A stretch of 53,148 nt of DNA, filler included, from Jimgerdemannia flammicorona (taxonomy: Eukaryota), in the NCBI GenBank assembly GCA_003990765.1. It is 2 parts of 2 records of this genome, joined end to end, with 100 filler letters (N's around TTAATTAATTAA, not from the genome) between each part and the next. Parts side by side here need not be neighbours in the genome. Positions count along the whole stretch, not along the records: positions 26,627 to 53,148 come from RBNJ01000721.1; 1 more part is not named here. One strand, given 5' to 3'. The notes beneath the pieces were generated by a model. It saw only the letters and a program-made list of their open reading frames with translations. It did no database searches and was not told the DNA's origin. Numbering within the stretch: position 1 is the stretch's first letter; each line of letters starts with the position of its first letter. Shown here piece by piece: positions 36,259 through 52,266 of the stretch. A program made the translations under genes and the position numbers.

Positions 36259-36643
36259 TGATATAAGTTCAGTCTTTTTTTCTGTACAGTAGTGTAGTGT
36301 ATATGTAATCTAAGTAGGTATATGCAAGTAGCAATAATCTGGCGGGTCCCAGATCCGCGTCAGGGTTGTTTTAGTTTACACATGGTATGGTGTCAATTTT
36401 GCTTTCGGATATGTATATATGTCTGGGTGTCAGTTGTGCTCTCGGATATGTATTTATGTCTGGGTGTCAGTTTTGCTCGGATATGTCAGGCCGTCGATCG
36501 GTCGTCTCCATCTAATTACGGACTGTCCAGGTTAAGACTTTTATGGCACGCGGGCCCCATAAGTCAGACCTCTTTTCATTTGTGCCACAACCCGTCTCCC
36601 TCAATAAACAGAAATCATCCAAACCTTCTCAAGACCATGCCAA

Positions 36644-39600
36644 ATGTTGCACCACAAACAATCCTCTCTCTTGACCCACGACCGCGACCACCACCACCAC
36701 CACCCCCTTCCCCGCAGCTGGCCTGCAGACCACGGCCACACTCTGCCGCAACACCACGGGCACCCCCCTCCTGCCCCCACTCCGCAACGTCGTACCATAT
36801 ATACCTTTAACCTATCAACCCTTTCAAGATCCTTATACCTCGGTCTGTGCGGCGTCCTGGCCCTCGGTATCCTATCCATCGCAAACACATATCTCTTCCA
36901 GACAAGCGATACCGGAACTTTACCTCTACCACCTCCTCAAACCACCATCACCACCACCATCACCACCACCTCGGACATCCAACCTAGTGACGACATCCCC
37001 GCCCAGCGCGTCATGTTCGAGATTGACACCACAGATGTCAGCTACCAGGCCGCCTACAGCTACATTCTCACACTATGGGGTGCAATCATCCTCTTCGCCA
37101 TATACTACCAGGCAACGCGCCTCAGCCTCTACTACACTCGCAAGTCTATGCTCTATCTCGCCGCCGCCCACGCCGAGTGCATCGCAATTAAGGACTCCGC
37201 CGTTGCCACCCTCGCCTCCTCCCCCGCCGGTGTCCTCGCCGTCCCCACTCTCTTGACAGCTCCGAAGCGATCCTTCGAGTCACGCGGGTCGAACGCGTCT
37301 CCGCGCAGCCCGTTCCGCGGCTGGCTCGGCAAGCGTATCTCCGACCCGAACGCCAGCACGATCAGCCAGAGCAGGATCACGGACACCGCTCAGGACGCCA
37401 GCCAGCTCATCGGTGCGCCCGCGGACCCCACGGCTTACTTCTCGTTCCGCGTCCTCGTTTACCAGACCTTCAACTACACTTTCGCCATTCCCACCGTCAC
37501 CGACGTCGCTACCGTGCACCAGGCGTTTGTTCTCCTCGCCTACGTTTGGATCAACGTCTTTTTCATCGTCGCATCCCCTTTCACATTCTCCTCGACACCA
37601 TTCGGCCTCCCCTCCGCCTCCGATTTCGCCGACCGTGCGGCCTATCTCGGGCTCGCCAATCTGGCCTTCATGGTTCCCTTTGCGACCCGCAACTCTGTGT
37701 TTCCGCGGCTCCTCGGTGTCTCTTTTGAGAGGATGATCACCTATCACCGGTGGTTCGGCCGCACGGGATTCTTGCTGATCTCCTACCACGCAAGCTGGCA
37801 CGTCTCGCAGAATTACTTCGTCATGCGCGACTCGTTCAAGGCCGCTTTCGGCACCTTCCAGTTCGGCTACGGCACCTCCACCTACACCTGCCTCTTATGC
37901 CTCGCCCTCTTCTCCCACGAGTTCTTCCGCCGCCGCTACTATGAGTTTTTCTGCGTCACTCACATTCTCGGCTTTCTCTTCCTCATCATGTTTGGCACCT
38001 TACACAACGACGCCTTCCTCCCTTTCATGGCCTCCGGCCTCGTCTTCTGGATCATCGACCGTGCCATCCGATTTTATCGCTCCTGGATTGAGCCCATCCG
38101 CGTCGTCGAGATCAAGCAGGTCCAGGGCGAGATCACGCGCGTCATCTTCGAGAAGGGCGCTCCCGGCAGCTCGGGCGAGAATCGCGCGGGGCAAGCAGGC
38201 GCGCTGGTGGGGTTCATGCGCGGAATATTTGGCGGGTGGGGGTGGAGGTTCAAGGCCGGCCAGTACGTCTTTGTTAGCTTTGGAGGGCAGGCGCTGGATC
38301 GCGGGAAGGGCGGGTGGACAAGGTGGACCGGGTGGACGAGGTGGCACCCGGCCACCATATCGGGGTTTGCGAACCCTGTCATCGGCGGTGAGTACGGCGA
38401 AGACGACGCCGACGACGTCGATCTCAACTACGAGCAGTTCCAGATTGCACAGGATCAGCTCCTTGCCGAGGGTGTCGAGGACGCGGGCGTGGGTTTGGGC
38501 CCCGCAGTCGCGCAGGAGGAGCTCGAGATGCAGAACATTCACCCCGTCTATCAGCCTCGTCCCGGTGGTATTTCGTCCCCGGATCCGTACGTACCCCAGA
38601 ACGCCGGCGTTGACCCGGTTCCGCACCATCGCCCGGCTTACTCGCACCACGAACACCAGAGCTCACAGAGCTCGAACAAGTCGCGCACGCTCTCTTTCAT
38701 CGCGAGCGTTGCCGGTCACAAGCACAAAAACTCCCTTAGCAACCATCACCGATCTCCATCCTCCTCCGCCACCACCGGCCGAACCCCGCCTGGGCCGGGC
38801 CACCTCGTCCGCCAGGGCACGGGCCTCTCAATGCACGCGGCTGCCACGGGGTTTTTTGCCTCAGTGCACATCAAGGCTCTGGGCGACCACACCCGCGCCC
38901 TCTACGAGACCCTGTCTGCCCTGCGGTCCGACTCCAACATCGACGATAACGAAAAATATTTGCATCCGAGCAACGGGCTCGCCGCGCGCGTGCCCGTTCG
39001 CATCGACGGACCCTATGGTATGCCGACTGTTGAGTTCCAAGACCACAAGGTCGCCGTGCTCATGGCATGTGGGATCGGGATCACACCCATGATGGCGCTA
39101 GCGAGGGATTTGGTTGTTAGGAGGACCGAGGGAGTTGAGACCGTGAGGACCGAAGAGGTGTGGTTGATTTGGTCGGTGCCGGATCAAGGTACCTTTTTTA
39201 TTTGTTTATCAGTTTCCCCTTTTGCTAGTCAGGTAGCGGGGAGAGTGGATGGGGAATGGTGTTTACCTTTTCGACCAACATGGATTGATTGCTCATCCCG
39301 TCACTGCTGCTCATACTGTTTTTAGAACACTACGGAACCTTCGCGACCGACCTCACATACCTCTCCACTCTCTCCTCCGTTTCTCACCAATCTCAATATC
39401 CCTGCACGTTGAACGTGCGCATCCACACAACACAATCGACTCCTATGAACGCCTCGGTCGCCCTCGTCAACAAGCATAACCACGCTTTCATTCCCGGTCG
39501 ACCCAACATTAAGAAAACCATGCGCGCCATCAAGGACGCCAACCGCATGGAAGACGTCGGCGTATGCGTGTGCGGTCCGCCAGAATTCGTGAGAAGGGTC

Positions 39601-39675
39601 AAGAACACCGCTGTGTGGACGTGCTCGGACGCGGGGGGTGTGTGGTGGGTGCAGGAGGAGAAGTTTGTTCTGTGA
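36644..39675 (+). CDS. Ferric reductase / NADPH-oxidase family flavocytochrome
   Basis: Heme His pairs (YHRW...YH; THIL...LH), FKAGQY, WHPATIS, IDGPYG, ACGIGITP, VCVCGP, EKF; intron ~39189-39324. Confidence 0.9.
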
Positions 39676-40265
39676 GCGGGTCGGGATTGGGTGGGAAGGG
39701 TTAGACTGTGTAGAGGACGTTCGGTTGAACGTTATACAGCAGAAAAAAAAAGCATGAACATTTGGGAATGGGACGTGGTGCAGGGTCGCCACGATGTTGT
39801 GGATCGGCAACAAAAATAGAAAGGGAAAGCCTGTCTGTACTATATCCCATAATTTAATCAAAATTCGAAATAATATCCTCCCCGATTCGCAACCCATCCT
39901 CAAACCATTGATCGTGTGAATATAATAAATGTGAGCGAAACAATGACAAGACCATCAACGCGTCGAGTATAAGTACATATTTACTAGGTCTTTGAGGTGG
40001 GGACTGCCAATGATAAACCACAGAAATGGGATATGCCATCATTTTACGAAAAGTCGTTCTATCATTTCGTCATCCAACGATCGAGCAATTCCATTCAACC
40101 CGAAATATGGAAAGAACAAGAAAAAAAAAAAAATTACACTCGAGATACATGTGTACGAATAGACATTATGATGGCGGTATTACAGAGGCCAGCGCGAATA
40201 GTATAAGTTGTGTGCGGGTAGGAGATAAGGTGAATGTGCCAGGGCAGTGAAGCCGGATATGGCGG

Positions 40266-41766
<1,501 letters not shown>

Positions 41767-41972
41767 GGTTGTCAATATTGAGTGTAGTTGTGGATGAAGA
41801 GTCAAAAGAACATTAAAAATCCCTTGGGAATTGACTCGGTATAAGCCATTAGATCAAATAAAGCAACTTCTCTCTGGAACCGATGACGCAACGTTGCAAG
41901 ATCATGTGATTACGTCACAGAAAAAGAAATAAGGAAATCACCGGCTAAGCCATCACAAATCATTGTCTCAAG

Positions 41973-42920
41973 ATGGTGACTAAACAAGAAAAGAAGTACA
42001 AGTCCGCCAAGGACCCAGATCCCGAGAACCCCGCAAAGAACCCGGACCCCGAGAAATCCGTCTTGCCCAAACCCGCGACAACAAAGCGGCCGAAGAAGAA
42101 GGTCGACGAGGATACGGATGAGAAGTCCAAAACGTCTAAAGCGGATGTGGAAGCGGCAGCCGAATCGCCCGACGAGGAGGAGGAAAGACAGGTAAAGAGG
42201 AAGAAGAAGGCTGGCAAGCTCGCTGGACTGTTTGACAGGAACAAGAACGATACAGCGGTAACGGAATCCATCATTCCGGTGCATCCTGGTATGAAAATCA
42301 GATTTATGTTTGATATTTTCCATTTCAAGTATCGGCCAAATAATGCCCCCTCTCCTCAGCCCTAGAATACCTATCAACATGGAAGAAGGCTCGGAGCTCG
42401 TGGAAGTTCCAAAAGGTGCGACAAACGTGGCTGCTGCTACATATCTACGACGAAGACAAGGTAAGTCATGGTATCGACCTCAATTCGTTCACACTCCCTC
42501 GTGAAATTGACACCCTGACATCTCACGCGTATGAATCTATGCCAGATTCCCGAGGTGTACTTCAAAATTCTCCTAGCGTATATCGAGGACCTGAAAGGTT
42601 CCGCACGCGTAGTACGTTCATCAGCACCAATTACACGATGCACTCTATTCGACAGCTAGCCTAATTCCGCACGATTATCCCCACAAATCCAACCTTATCC
42701 ATACCATTGTTTCCTCACAACGCCCCACGTGATTCCACATTGCCAGCAAACCATTGAGAAAGCGAACGAGGTCCACCGCGCCACGCCGTCGGAGGACGCC
42801 GAAGCCACGGACGACGATTCCTTAGACGACGAATCTGCTAAGGCCAAGAAGGCAGAGTCAAAAAGGCACGAGGACAAGAAGGCAAAGCGGGCATTAGAGG
42901 TGTTGAGGGTGCTGTCGTAG
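41973..42920 (+). CDS. Hypothetical Lys/Glu/Asp-rich protein (probably spliced)
   Basis: Coding-like ORF segments 41973-~42287, ~42310-42460 and ~42745-42920, with GT donors; no recognisable domain; gene model uncertain. Confidence 0.5.
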
Positions 42921-43446
42921 TAGGATGGCGTCGGTGGAGGAGTTCAGTAGATATGCCGCTTGGGTGATGTTGGCGGGATGGCACGGTTTAGACTCGGACA
43001 TTTTGCATTTTATTGCTTGTACAATGTTGATATCATTAAGTCAAGCAGGTTCGCTCTGTAGCTAATTATATGAGATGAAATTTTTCAAAAAGGTACTAAT
43101 CCAGATAGGCCATAAGGTATATATATACTTTTTAATAAACTTTGCCTTATATTGTCTCCCAATTTCCAAAATGAGATGGTGTTTTTTGTGGTACTATGGG
43201 AACACAGTAGGTGCCGCTCACATGTAAAGTAAGTCACATCGTCGGAAGAGATTGTCCGATTTATAGAACTTGCTCGTTGCATTTACAAGACTTTATATAA
43301 TTCTACAGTCGTGAAAGAAAACGATTAAAGAAAACAAAATGTACTCAAAGAGATAACGAAAAGTTCAAAGATAATGACCATCAAATTTAAAAGGTATAAA
43401 TAGATAACCGACTTCCATAGTCCGTTCCGAATCGACCAGGTCTCTC

Positions 43447-44555
43447 CTACCATGCCTCGCCAACCAATCCCTTCTCCTTCCGGTACCTGATGAGGTCGGC
43501 GATGGTGATCATCTTGAGACCGTGCTTCTTGGCGAAGGCCCAGCAGTCGTCCCGCCTCGCCATCTCGCCATGCAAGTCATCCTCCTTGAGCAGCTCGCAG
43601 ATCACTGCCACGGGCTGTAGTCCTGCCAGCTTGCACAGGTCCACCGACGCTTCCGTGTGTCCGAACCGGTTCATCAGGCCGCCCTTCACCGCGCGCAGCG
43701 GAAGGATGTGGCCCGGCCGGTTGAAATCTGCCGCTGTCGACGTCGGATCGGCTATCGCGCGCGCTGTCAGCGCTCGATCGTGCGCAGAGATGCCGGTCGT
43801 TGTGCCTTTGGGATGAAGAGAGAGAGGAGGGGAGATGGTGAGGATGTTAGTTTGGAGCGTTGGTAGTGAAATTTCAGGTTCGAATTTCTGAGCACAGGAT
43901 TTTCACGACACCTACCATGTTTATAGTCGACGGAAATGGTGTAAGCCGTCCGCATCAGCTCGGTGTTCTTTGGGACCATGAGAGGCAACTCAAGTTGCTC
44001 TAGCCGCTCTTGAGTGGTGGGTACGCATACATAACCGCTGTAAAGAGCGGAGTGTATTCGAAACAGATGGTCAGCGAGCTCGGGGCATCCGGATTAGTGT
44101 CGGGAAGGCTGTGCGCGCCCCTTCCCTTATATACCATTGAGACCTTCTGATCCGACCACCGACACAGCCCCTCGACTGTGTCACACACCCAATCCTCAAT
44201 CCTCGTCAACACTTACGTAGAATACCGCACCAAGAACGCCATCTTCTCGGTGGTGATCTTCTCCGCGGCGATGATGAGATCGCCCTCGTTCTCGCGATCC
44301 TCGTTATCGACGACAACGACAAACTCTCCCTCGGCTATGTGGCATGAGAGAAGCGCGCGTGGGATGACGTTGCATGAGCAAGAGCGGAAATGTAGCCGGT
44401 AGACAAATGGATTGATGGCGATATTCCCGCAATTCGGAGAAGAACATACCAAAAGCCTGCACGGTTTCCTCTATGCTGTCGAACTCAAAGTGCTCCAAGT
44501 GCTTTCCATTGGTAGAGGGCTGAATGGTAGGCTCGGTTGCGATCTGGGTGACCAT
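43447..44555 (-). CDS. RIB3: 3,4-dihydroxy-2-butanone-4-phosphate synthase (riboflavin biosynthesis)
   Basis: [56 protein letters not shown]. Confidence 0.96.
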
Positions 44556-44975
44556 TATGTTGTCGTGTTGTCGATGGGGAGGAGTGTGGGGCTGTGTGGT
44601 CGATGGGTAGATGGGAGAAGTGATCGGCCATGCGATGATCTCAATTTTTACATTTCCGAGACCGTGATTACGTGACTGTTATTGTGATTGGGATGATTCA
44701 TCAATTGGTAACCATATTTGTCACACTCAAACGGTAAACTACTGACAAATCCAAACAAAATTATAAACCAATGCGCTTTCTAAACCGGTGACTATTCCCC
44801 CCCCCCTTCTACCAAATATAATCACCATAGCATATTCTTTTGCTCTTGGAAGTTGCTGGGGTTGAGTATTTTTCTCTCTGTATGTTGACCTTTTTGCTAC
44901 CCTTCAATTTAAATACCCTTTAATTTGAAACGGGTTTCTTTTTCTTACATCTACAAAATAACGAACCCGTCCCAT

Positions 44976-47900
44976 TTACAATTCATTTCTGACCTTTTCC
45001 TCCTTGGTCACTTTCTCTTCCACTTCGATCTTCTCCACCATCACTTCCGCTGCCTGTGACGCCGGCTTGATCTCCTTCTTGACAAGCACCCGCCTACGTA
45101 ATGCCTCGGCCTCGTTGTCGTACTCTTCCCATTCGGGGATCTGGCGACGCGCACGGTCGAGCTTGGGCTCCTTCGTAAGAGGATTGTTGCACTGACACGG
45201 TCAAATTTACAGGAGCATGACGTTAGAAGATTTACACATAAAATGGACAAGATAAAACTTCGCGCCCGACTCTGTGCCCACTTACCAGATCAATCGTCTT
45301 GGCTGTCTTGAGCGACTCATCGCTGCACCACGTCTCGCACCATAGCCAGTCCTGTGGCAGCGAGAAAATGGGCACCTGATGCTGCATGTTGTTGGGCAGA
45401 TCTTGATCCAGGTTGGCGAGGGAGTTGGGGTCCGCGCTCAGGGCCTGGTATTGGCCACGGAGACGATCGCCAGCGGCCATTTGCCGGAAACGAACCAAAT
45501 CGATCACATAGAGGGCGCTGGCGAAATGGCATGCCGGCAATAAGCGATCCATATATTACACCATATATGTACATATAAAATCCAAGTTACATCTTACCTG
45601 ATGTGATATGGCTTGCCAGCCAGGTGTTGCTGCCAGTAGCCTTGCGTCCAGAACCGGAAACCATTCATCTCCGAACGGCTATCGCAGAAGGGAGTGTACC
45701 CATAGGGCGCACCCTTGAGATCCATATCTACCAACTCTTTCAGATCTGTGCGGACGATCTGGAGTTCGCCACGTCATTTTTGATACGGTTAATTCCGGCA
45801 CGGTACATCGTGCGTTAAGTGTGCGAGATCATAGATTTTAACATGAGCAAGCAACTGGGCTTACCTGATCAGCATCAACAAAGATAACCTTGTCGAGATC
45901 CAACGGGAACAACACATCTAAGAACAGGATCTTGTAGCTATGTTACAATAGAAAATCATTAACATTTCTCGTACTATCAAGTATGTACAGTGTTGAAGTT
46001 ACTATTCGTGTAAAGAAAGACTCACCCCCAAATCGTGCGCTGCTTCTCCGTCTGTCCGCGCAACCATGACGGCCATTTGTACGTGACCAGCTCGTATTCA
46101 AATCCATACTCAGTAGCCATTTGTGGAATGAAGTCCTACATCCCCAATCAACGTATATTTTAGGGATATGATAAATACAAATTAGCTTTGAACTCGCAAC
46201 GAGCAAACCAACGAACCCGAGACACGTACCATAAAGTAAGGCGACAAGAAGTTCTCGATGAACCAGAACTTTACGGTGCTCTTGGTGTGCCGAAGCACGG
46301 AGAGGATCATAATTGACAAGAAGCGCTCGTACAAGTGGCCTGAGGCCACGGAGAAGATATTGATCTCGGCCTGGGTCGTCTTCTGCACAACTTGCTTTGC
46401 TTCCTGCAAGCCCCAGATCCTGCGTACCGGGTAACAGCAAAACGCGTCAAAATCGCATAACCATATCGGGCAAGGTTCATTCAACTAGAGACAATCATAT
46501 AAACTAATACGTACTTGGATTTGATTGAGCCCCAAATCCCACCATCCTCACTCTGCTCCTCCTCCTCCGCATCTTCCAACAACTCCTCTCTCTCCATCCC
46601 CGGCTTCTTTGTCACCCTTGGATAAATCACCACGCCCTCGAACGTGTTCAGCACGACATCATACCCAATCTCCTCCACAGACCGGCTTGTCCATCCCTCG
46701 CTCCCGACGCTCTCGATATCGTAAAGCTCCCTGGACCGCCCCTCGCGCAGCGACAGCTCGAACACGCCTGGATTCGCCTTGAGCTGCAGGTATCCCAGAT
46801 TGGCCATCACGATGGTGTCAACCAGCGCCGGGTAGGACGCCGTGCCCAGGACGAATTGGAGCCCGCGCGGCGGGCCGTTAATCGTCATGTCGCGGCAGTG
46901 ACCCTCGATCAGGATGTTGCGGAGCTCAATAACCGCCGTCACGCCCTTGACTCGTTGTTTGGGATCCAGTTTCGCTAGGCGGATGTTGTCAAGGTCTTGG
47001 TCGGCGACGACAGGACGGACGAGCCACGGCGAGATCACATCCATGCCCAGGGTGAGGAGAGGGTCCTCGGGGACGTTAGAGAAATAGGCGGAGGGGCGTT
47101 CAATAGCTCTAAGTATGATATCCAGTTATTAACGTCACTCCCCGTAGAAGTCAGCAGCATCAACGCATAGGGAAATGAGTTTTGTACATATACTCACTCA
47201 GAGGCGTCAAAATGCAGGCTGTCATCAAACACATAGCGGTAAAACCTCTTAAGCGGCAATTCCGTCAGAGCTTGCACTGGATTCAAATAAATCTCCATAT
47301 ACACACCATCGATTTTGGACAAGGTCTGAATATCGAGAGAACCCATAAACAACATAATTATTAGAAGTGGTAAAATTGACATCCAACGAAACCAAAATAA
47401 AGACAGCACAGACACATACCTCCAATATTGCTGCCGTCTTCTGTGCATATTCGCTGAGGGGATCGATAATGGCGCCGATATGATAACAAGCCGAATCTTT
47501 ATCGCCCTTCACAACACGACTGGGAGAAAAAGCAACAAGAAAAACGACAATTACATCAAAGACTTGTTGCAAAATGTATGTGCATATTTGTCTCAGGACG
47601 AAATCAGTAACACGTACGTGTGCTCCCCGTTCATCGACATATAAGGTCGACCCCGTGGCTTCTCTTTCCCGTCGCCGAAGATACCAACGGGGGCCGCAGA
47701 GCTAGCGACGGCACCCAGGATAGAGCTGGCTTTCAAGAGGAAATTGGGATCCACTTTCTCGCTAACGCTAAACGGAAAGGATGGAGTAATGACCCAGTGA
47801 GCCGAATGTAGAAATCCATGTTAAGAGAAGTAATTGCTAGGTCACTCCAACGGTAAGAGGAAAAAAAAAAAAAAAACCCTTACTCGTTCTCTACCAAACT

Positions 47901-50900
47901 CAAATTCAAAGCAAGAATGGCGTTCCGGGCAGGCTCGATCCGTTTCTGCAATTCCAAATGGACCAACAACTCAAAATCATCCGACGCGAAGTCGACGTCC
48001 GCGGGGATTGGCCCGGCAACCTATATCACCGACATAGTACCAAATGTCATAAGTATATGGTGTGCAAGTCATCCTCCTTCTCTTACAAGGTTACATGCAC
48101 CCAGCGCAGCCAACGTGTCCCATAAAACAAGCACATACCCGTCCGTTAACCAGCACACCCGCGAAATCGCCAGCGAGTTCCATATCCGCCAACCCTCTCC
48201 CAATCGCAGCCCACTTTTCGGCGTATCCTTGGGTGATGAGCTCGGTCACGGGAGACCCGTACATGGCCTTGACCTGCTCGGTCAGTGCGGGGTTAGTCGT
48301 CAGCTCATCCTCCTCGAACGTGGTTACGATCTCGAAGATCTGCTTGAGGTCAGCCAGCGAGATGCGCTTGGCGGACTCCCCGTGGAGGGCGCGGTAGACG
48401 ATGTCTGAGAACTTCACGTTCGTGCCATCGTGCAGCTTGAGAACGGTAAGCGCTGGGGCGGCGGGGTTGTGGAGCAAGGTGGCGCGGGTTTTTTTAGAGG
48501 CTTCCTAAAATTTGGAAAAGAAAGGAATTTTAGGATTTCAAGGGTGGATTGGGCTGGGCTACAGGTTCTTTTGATGTGAAAGTGCGCTTACCACGTTAGT
48601 CAAAGCCTCGAGGCCCAACTTGGCGCCTTCGACGCTGTCAAAGTTGGCCACAACCCAAACGCTAGCTAACGGCGATTCTTCAATAGATTCTGGGAGGATG
48701 TAGTGAATTATAGTAAACAATGGAAAAAAAAAAAAAAAAAGCATCCGAGTGAGCCCATGCAAATTGTGATGTTACACACTTTTGCAGTGAACGTAGCGCT
48801 CGTGACTCATGGTATACATCGACTGGATACCTACCCGGCTGAACATAACCGACGATATCCACGAGCGGACCGCCTGCCGTGAGATCGAGAACCTTGAGCG
48901 GCCTCGCGTCGGATACGTACACATAGGGGTTGCGCCTTTGTGCGACATGCGGAAGTGAGAGTAGGTACTCGTAGATGTCAGTTTGATCGGCGGTGATCTC
49001 ACCAATGTAGAGCTAAAGTTAGAAGGGACAGGTGACGCGAAGTAAGGCGTAGAGTTATGGGCCGTGAAATAAACAAAATTTAGCTAATTTTTATTCCCTC
49101 ACCCCCTCCCCCTCTCAAAAGAAAAGAAAAAAAAAGAAAAAAAAGACAGCAATCACCTTGCTCTGAATAAATTGCGTTTGCTCGTTGATACTCTGGAAGA
49201 TATTTTGTTGATAGGACTACGACAGTGCAAACATGACAAGGCAAGATAAAAACTAATGAGGAAGGCGTCGCAAAGATATGATTCCTCCCAACAACCGACA
49301 TGCCCGCAACCCGCCTTCATCATTCACCTCATCCTCAAAGTCGTACACCTTCCCGTTCACAAACATGAGCCCGTTCCCATCGGTCCTGGAGCTGGCGCCG
49401 ACGCGTTTCAGGAACCGGCGCACCTCGGCCACGTGGTCAGCATACGCAGTCATGATCTCGTCGAATGTTTTAGCAGACTCACCGCTCTTGGTGCTCGTAG
49501 TGGGCGCCGAGGATCTGAAGGCACGTTCGGCGGCCGGGCGGATCGTCTTGGTGGTGGGGTCGAGTTCGGTTATGACCTGAGAAGGCGGGTGGAGGTCAGA
49601 ATGGTAAGTGACGGAACCGATGAAAGGGATTGGACGCGGGTATCTTACTGGGATGCTTACGGCTTGCAGGAATTTCATGACCTGGCCCCTACCGAACTCA
49701 GAGACATAGTAGTGGATCAACTTGGCCATTATGGTCGCTGTGTCCCAGTAATGATGGCAAACAGTATCTCAAATCAGATGACTATTCTCGCACACAAGCC
49801 CTCAACTCGTGCGTATTACACAAATCCTCAAACCCACGTACCGTCCGCATTATCATCCTTATCATCCACGAGCGGCACTAACCCGAATCGGATGGGGTAC
49901 CCATTCTTGACGAAGGCCTGCACATCCTCAACCAAGTTGTTGATGACGGCGGGATGGGACATATCGCGCACGAAGAGGACATTGTAAAGGTTGAGGCCGA
50001 GCTGGCGCATCTGGCCGGGATACGAAGGACGGAGGAGCTGCGAGGTAAGAGGGAGGGAAGGAGTGGGTGAGAAATATGGGTCAGTTAGCGGGAAAATGGA
50101 GATTCGAGGTACGTCAGTGAGGCCAATTGGAAATAGAGTCAGCGAAATCGTGAAGACGATAGTAATTCATGTTTTCAAATATTCCACCCACTACAAAAAC
50201 CCGCATATTAACACCATGCATAAACTCCCCCATAACTCCAACACAAACCCCCTTCAATACACACTTCAAACAAGTTCCTTGGCCACCTCGCGTATCGCTT
50301 GTCTTTCTCGAGGTCGTTCCACCACAGCACGACGGTACCGTCGGGCGAGGTGTCGCGCACGTCGAAGACACCCTCGGGCGCCGCACCTTGCACCGCGGCG
50401 GCGGGAACGAGCAACGGAGAAGAGACAAGAGCAATTGAGGTGGAGGGGGTCATGCCCAGGGAAGTCAGGCTGCGGACAATCTGGTGTTCGCGACGGAGGA
50501 GGCGGAGAATACTGTGAAGGAAGGGAGGATAGGGGATCGTAGGAAGGAAGGGAAGATAGTTATCAGAAGCTAAATGCGATGGCCTTGAGGGTTTGTACAG
50601 AGTCTCCGCCATTCGGATTCTTCACCCACCTAAACGGATTGATCTCCTGGACACCCACGGTGAGACCGTTCAGCCATAGCGCGTTAATGCCGCCCTCCAC
50701 CACCGAGTTTTGGTTCTTCTGCACTTCGTCGTGGACGGTGTCGTTGAGTTCGAGCTGCGCAATGCTGTGGGCGTAGCGCAGAAAATCCTGTGAGAGTTGT
50801 ACGAGGGAGCCGAGCGAGGAGGGGGAATCGAGGACGAACTGGGCGGTCTTGAGGCCGAGTTCTGGTTATGCGTGGGAGAGGAAGGGTAAGGATGCGAGGG

Positions 50901-52116
50901 GAAGATTGGAACATCTGGAGGTGGATGGGAGTAAAGGAGAAAGTGTACCGCGGATCTCGTTGGCTTTGAGGGGTTTAATCTCGGGAATTTCGTCGTCAAA
51001 GAGATGTTCCTGGATGCGGGTACGAGTCTCGGCGTCGACGAGTGTCTCAGAGGTCGACGCGTCGTCATCTACGATTTCGATTGCCAAGCGAGAGAGAGAG
51101 AGGGAGAGAGAGAGAGAGAGGACTCGGGTGAGTTCTCATCCAGATCACAAGTTCGAACAAATCAAAGCAACATCACGCTCCCACATCGAACCAACGAACA
51201 TACCATCGACCTTGCGGTCGTCAATAACGAGATAGTCGGTACTCTTCAGCGCCAGCTCAACACCATATCCAGTCAAATACAACGGCCCGCCTTTCGTCGA
51301 CGGCGGCTTGTACCTGAGGACGTACGTCACGCCTGTGGACTCGACCTTCTCGGTCAGGTACTCGTGGAACACTGGAAACGATGCGGCCGTGATGTCAGCA
51401 TAGACGATGACGATGGGGGAGTCAGCGCGCGCGTTGACGGGACGGAGGATGTGATCGAATGGAAGGAGACGCGTCGGCTGGACGGTGGCGGGAGACGCGA
51501 CGTCGAGTAGCGCGGCAAGTGTGGCAACAGTGCATGCCTGGTGGCCGTCGAACTCGGCCCAGATCTCGCAGGACGGGTCGAACTGCGCTCCGGAGGCGTT
51601 GAGCTTGCCCGGTAGGATGGAGTTGTTGTAGTAATGGTAGTAAGCCTGGATGGCCGGCGCGGTGGCATGCAGTGAGAGGGCGACCTTGGTGAGCGCGAGG
51701 GAGATTAAGGACCTGAGATAGCCCTTCTCGGAGACGACGTTCAGAGCAGCCTCGTAGAAGACTTTGGGAGTGGTGAACTCAGCGAAGAAGGCTGGGGAGG
51801 TGAGGTCGGTGAGAAGCGGGAAGTAGGCGGTTTTGTTCTCAACGGCGACGGACTCGCTGTTTCCAAGAAAAGAGAAGTGTGATTAGCAGTTGAACAAAAA
51901 TGGGTTATGACGAGCTCGGCGAACTCGGCGAGACATTGGTGCTTACAGTATCTCGAGGAGCAAGTGCGAGCCCTCCCACGGGGTGATCAGCTGAAGCTGG
52001 ATAGGCGGCGAGCGGTTTGCGCGGACAGTGAAAGCACAGGTTATGACGACAAGGGCGACAGCAGCGACAGCAGCGACAGCCGATGGGCCACGAAGGCCAC
52101 GGCTGAGGTTCACCAT
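44976..52116 (-). CDS. UGGT: UDP-glucose:glycoprotein glucosyltransferase (multi-exon)
   Basis: Signal-peptide-like N-terminus; [75 protein letters not shown]-terminal RNEL*. Confidence 0.96.
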
Positions 52117-52266
52117 GTTTTTTTTGTCGATTCTGAAGCGACAGAAGGGGACTCCACCGTTATAATTCCGAAGTGACGTGTCGCGCTGTCATTTCGCTCG
52201 CATCGAAAAAAGCAGTCCCCCAAAAAGAAACGCCTTCATTCGACGCGTCACATCTTCCTTCTAACA

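Noticed and set aside
35434..39092. Long antisense or alternative-frame ORFs over the VPS9 and ferric reductase genes
   Set aside because: Expected shadows of GC-rich codon usage; no motifs.
44976..44990. UGGT ending in RNEL rather than HDEL/KDEL
   Set aside because: Within the normal range of ER-retrieval signal variants.
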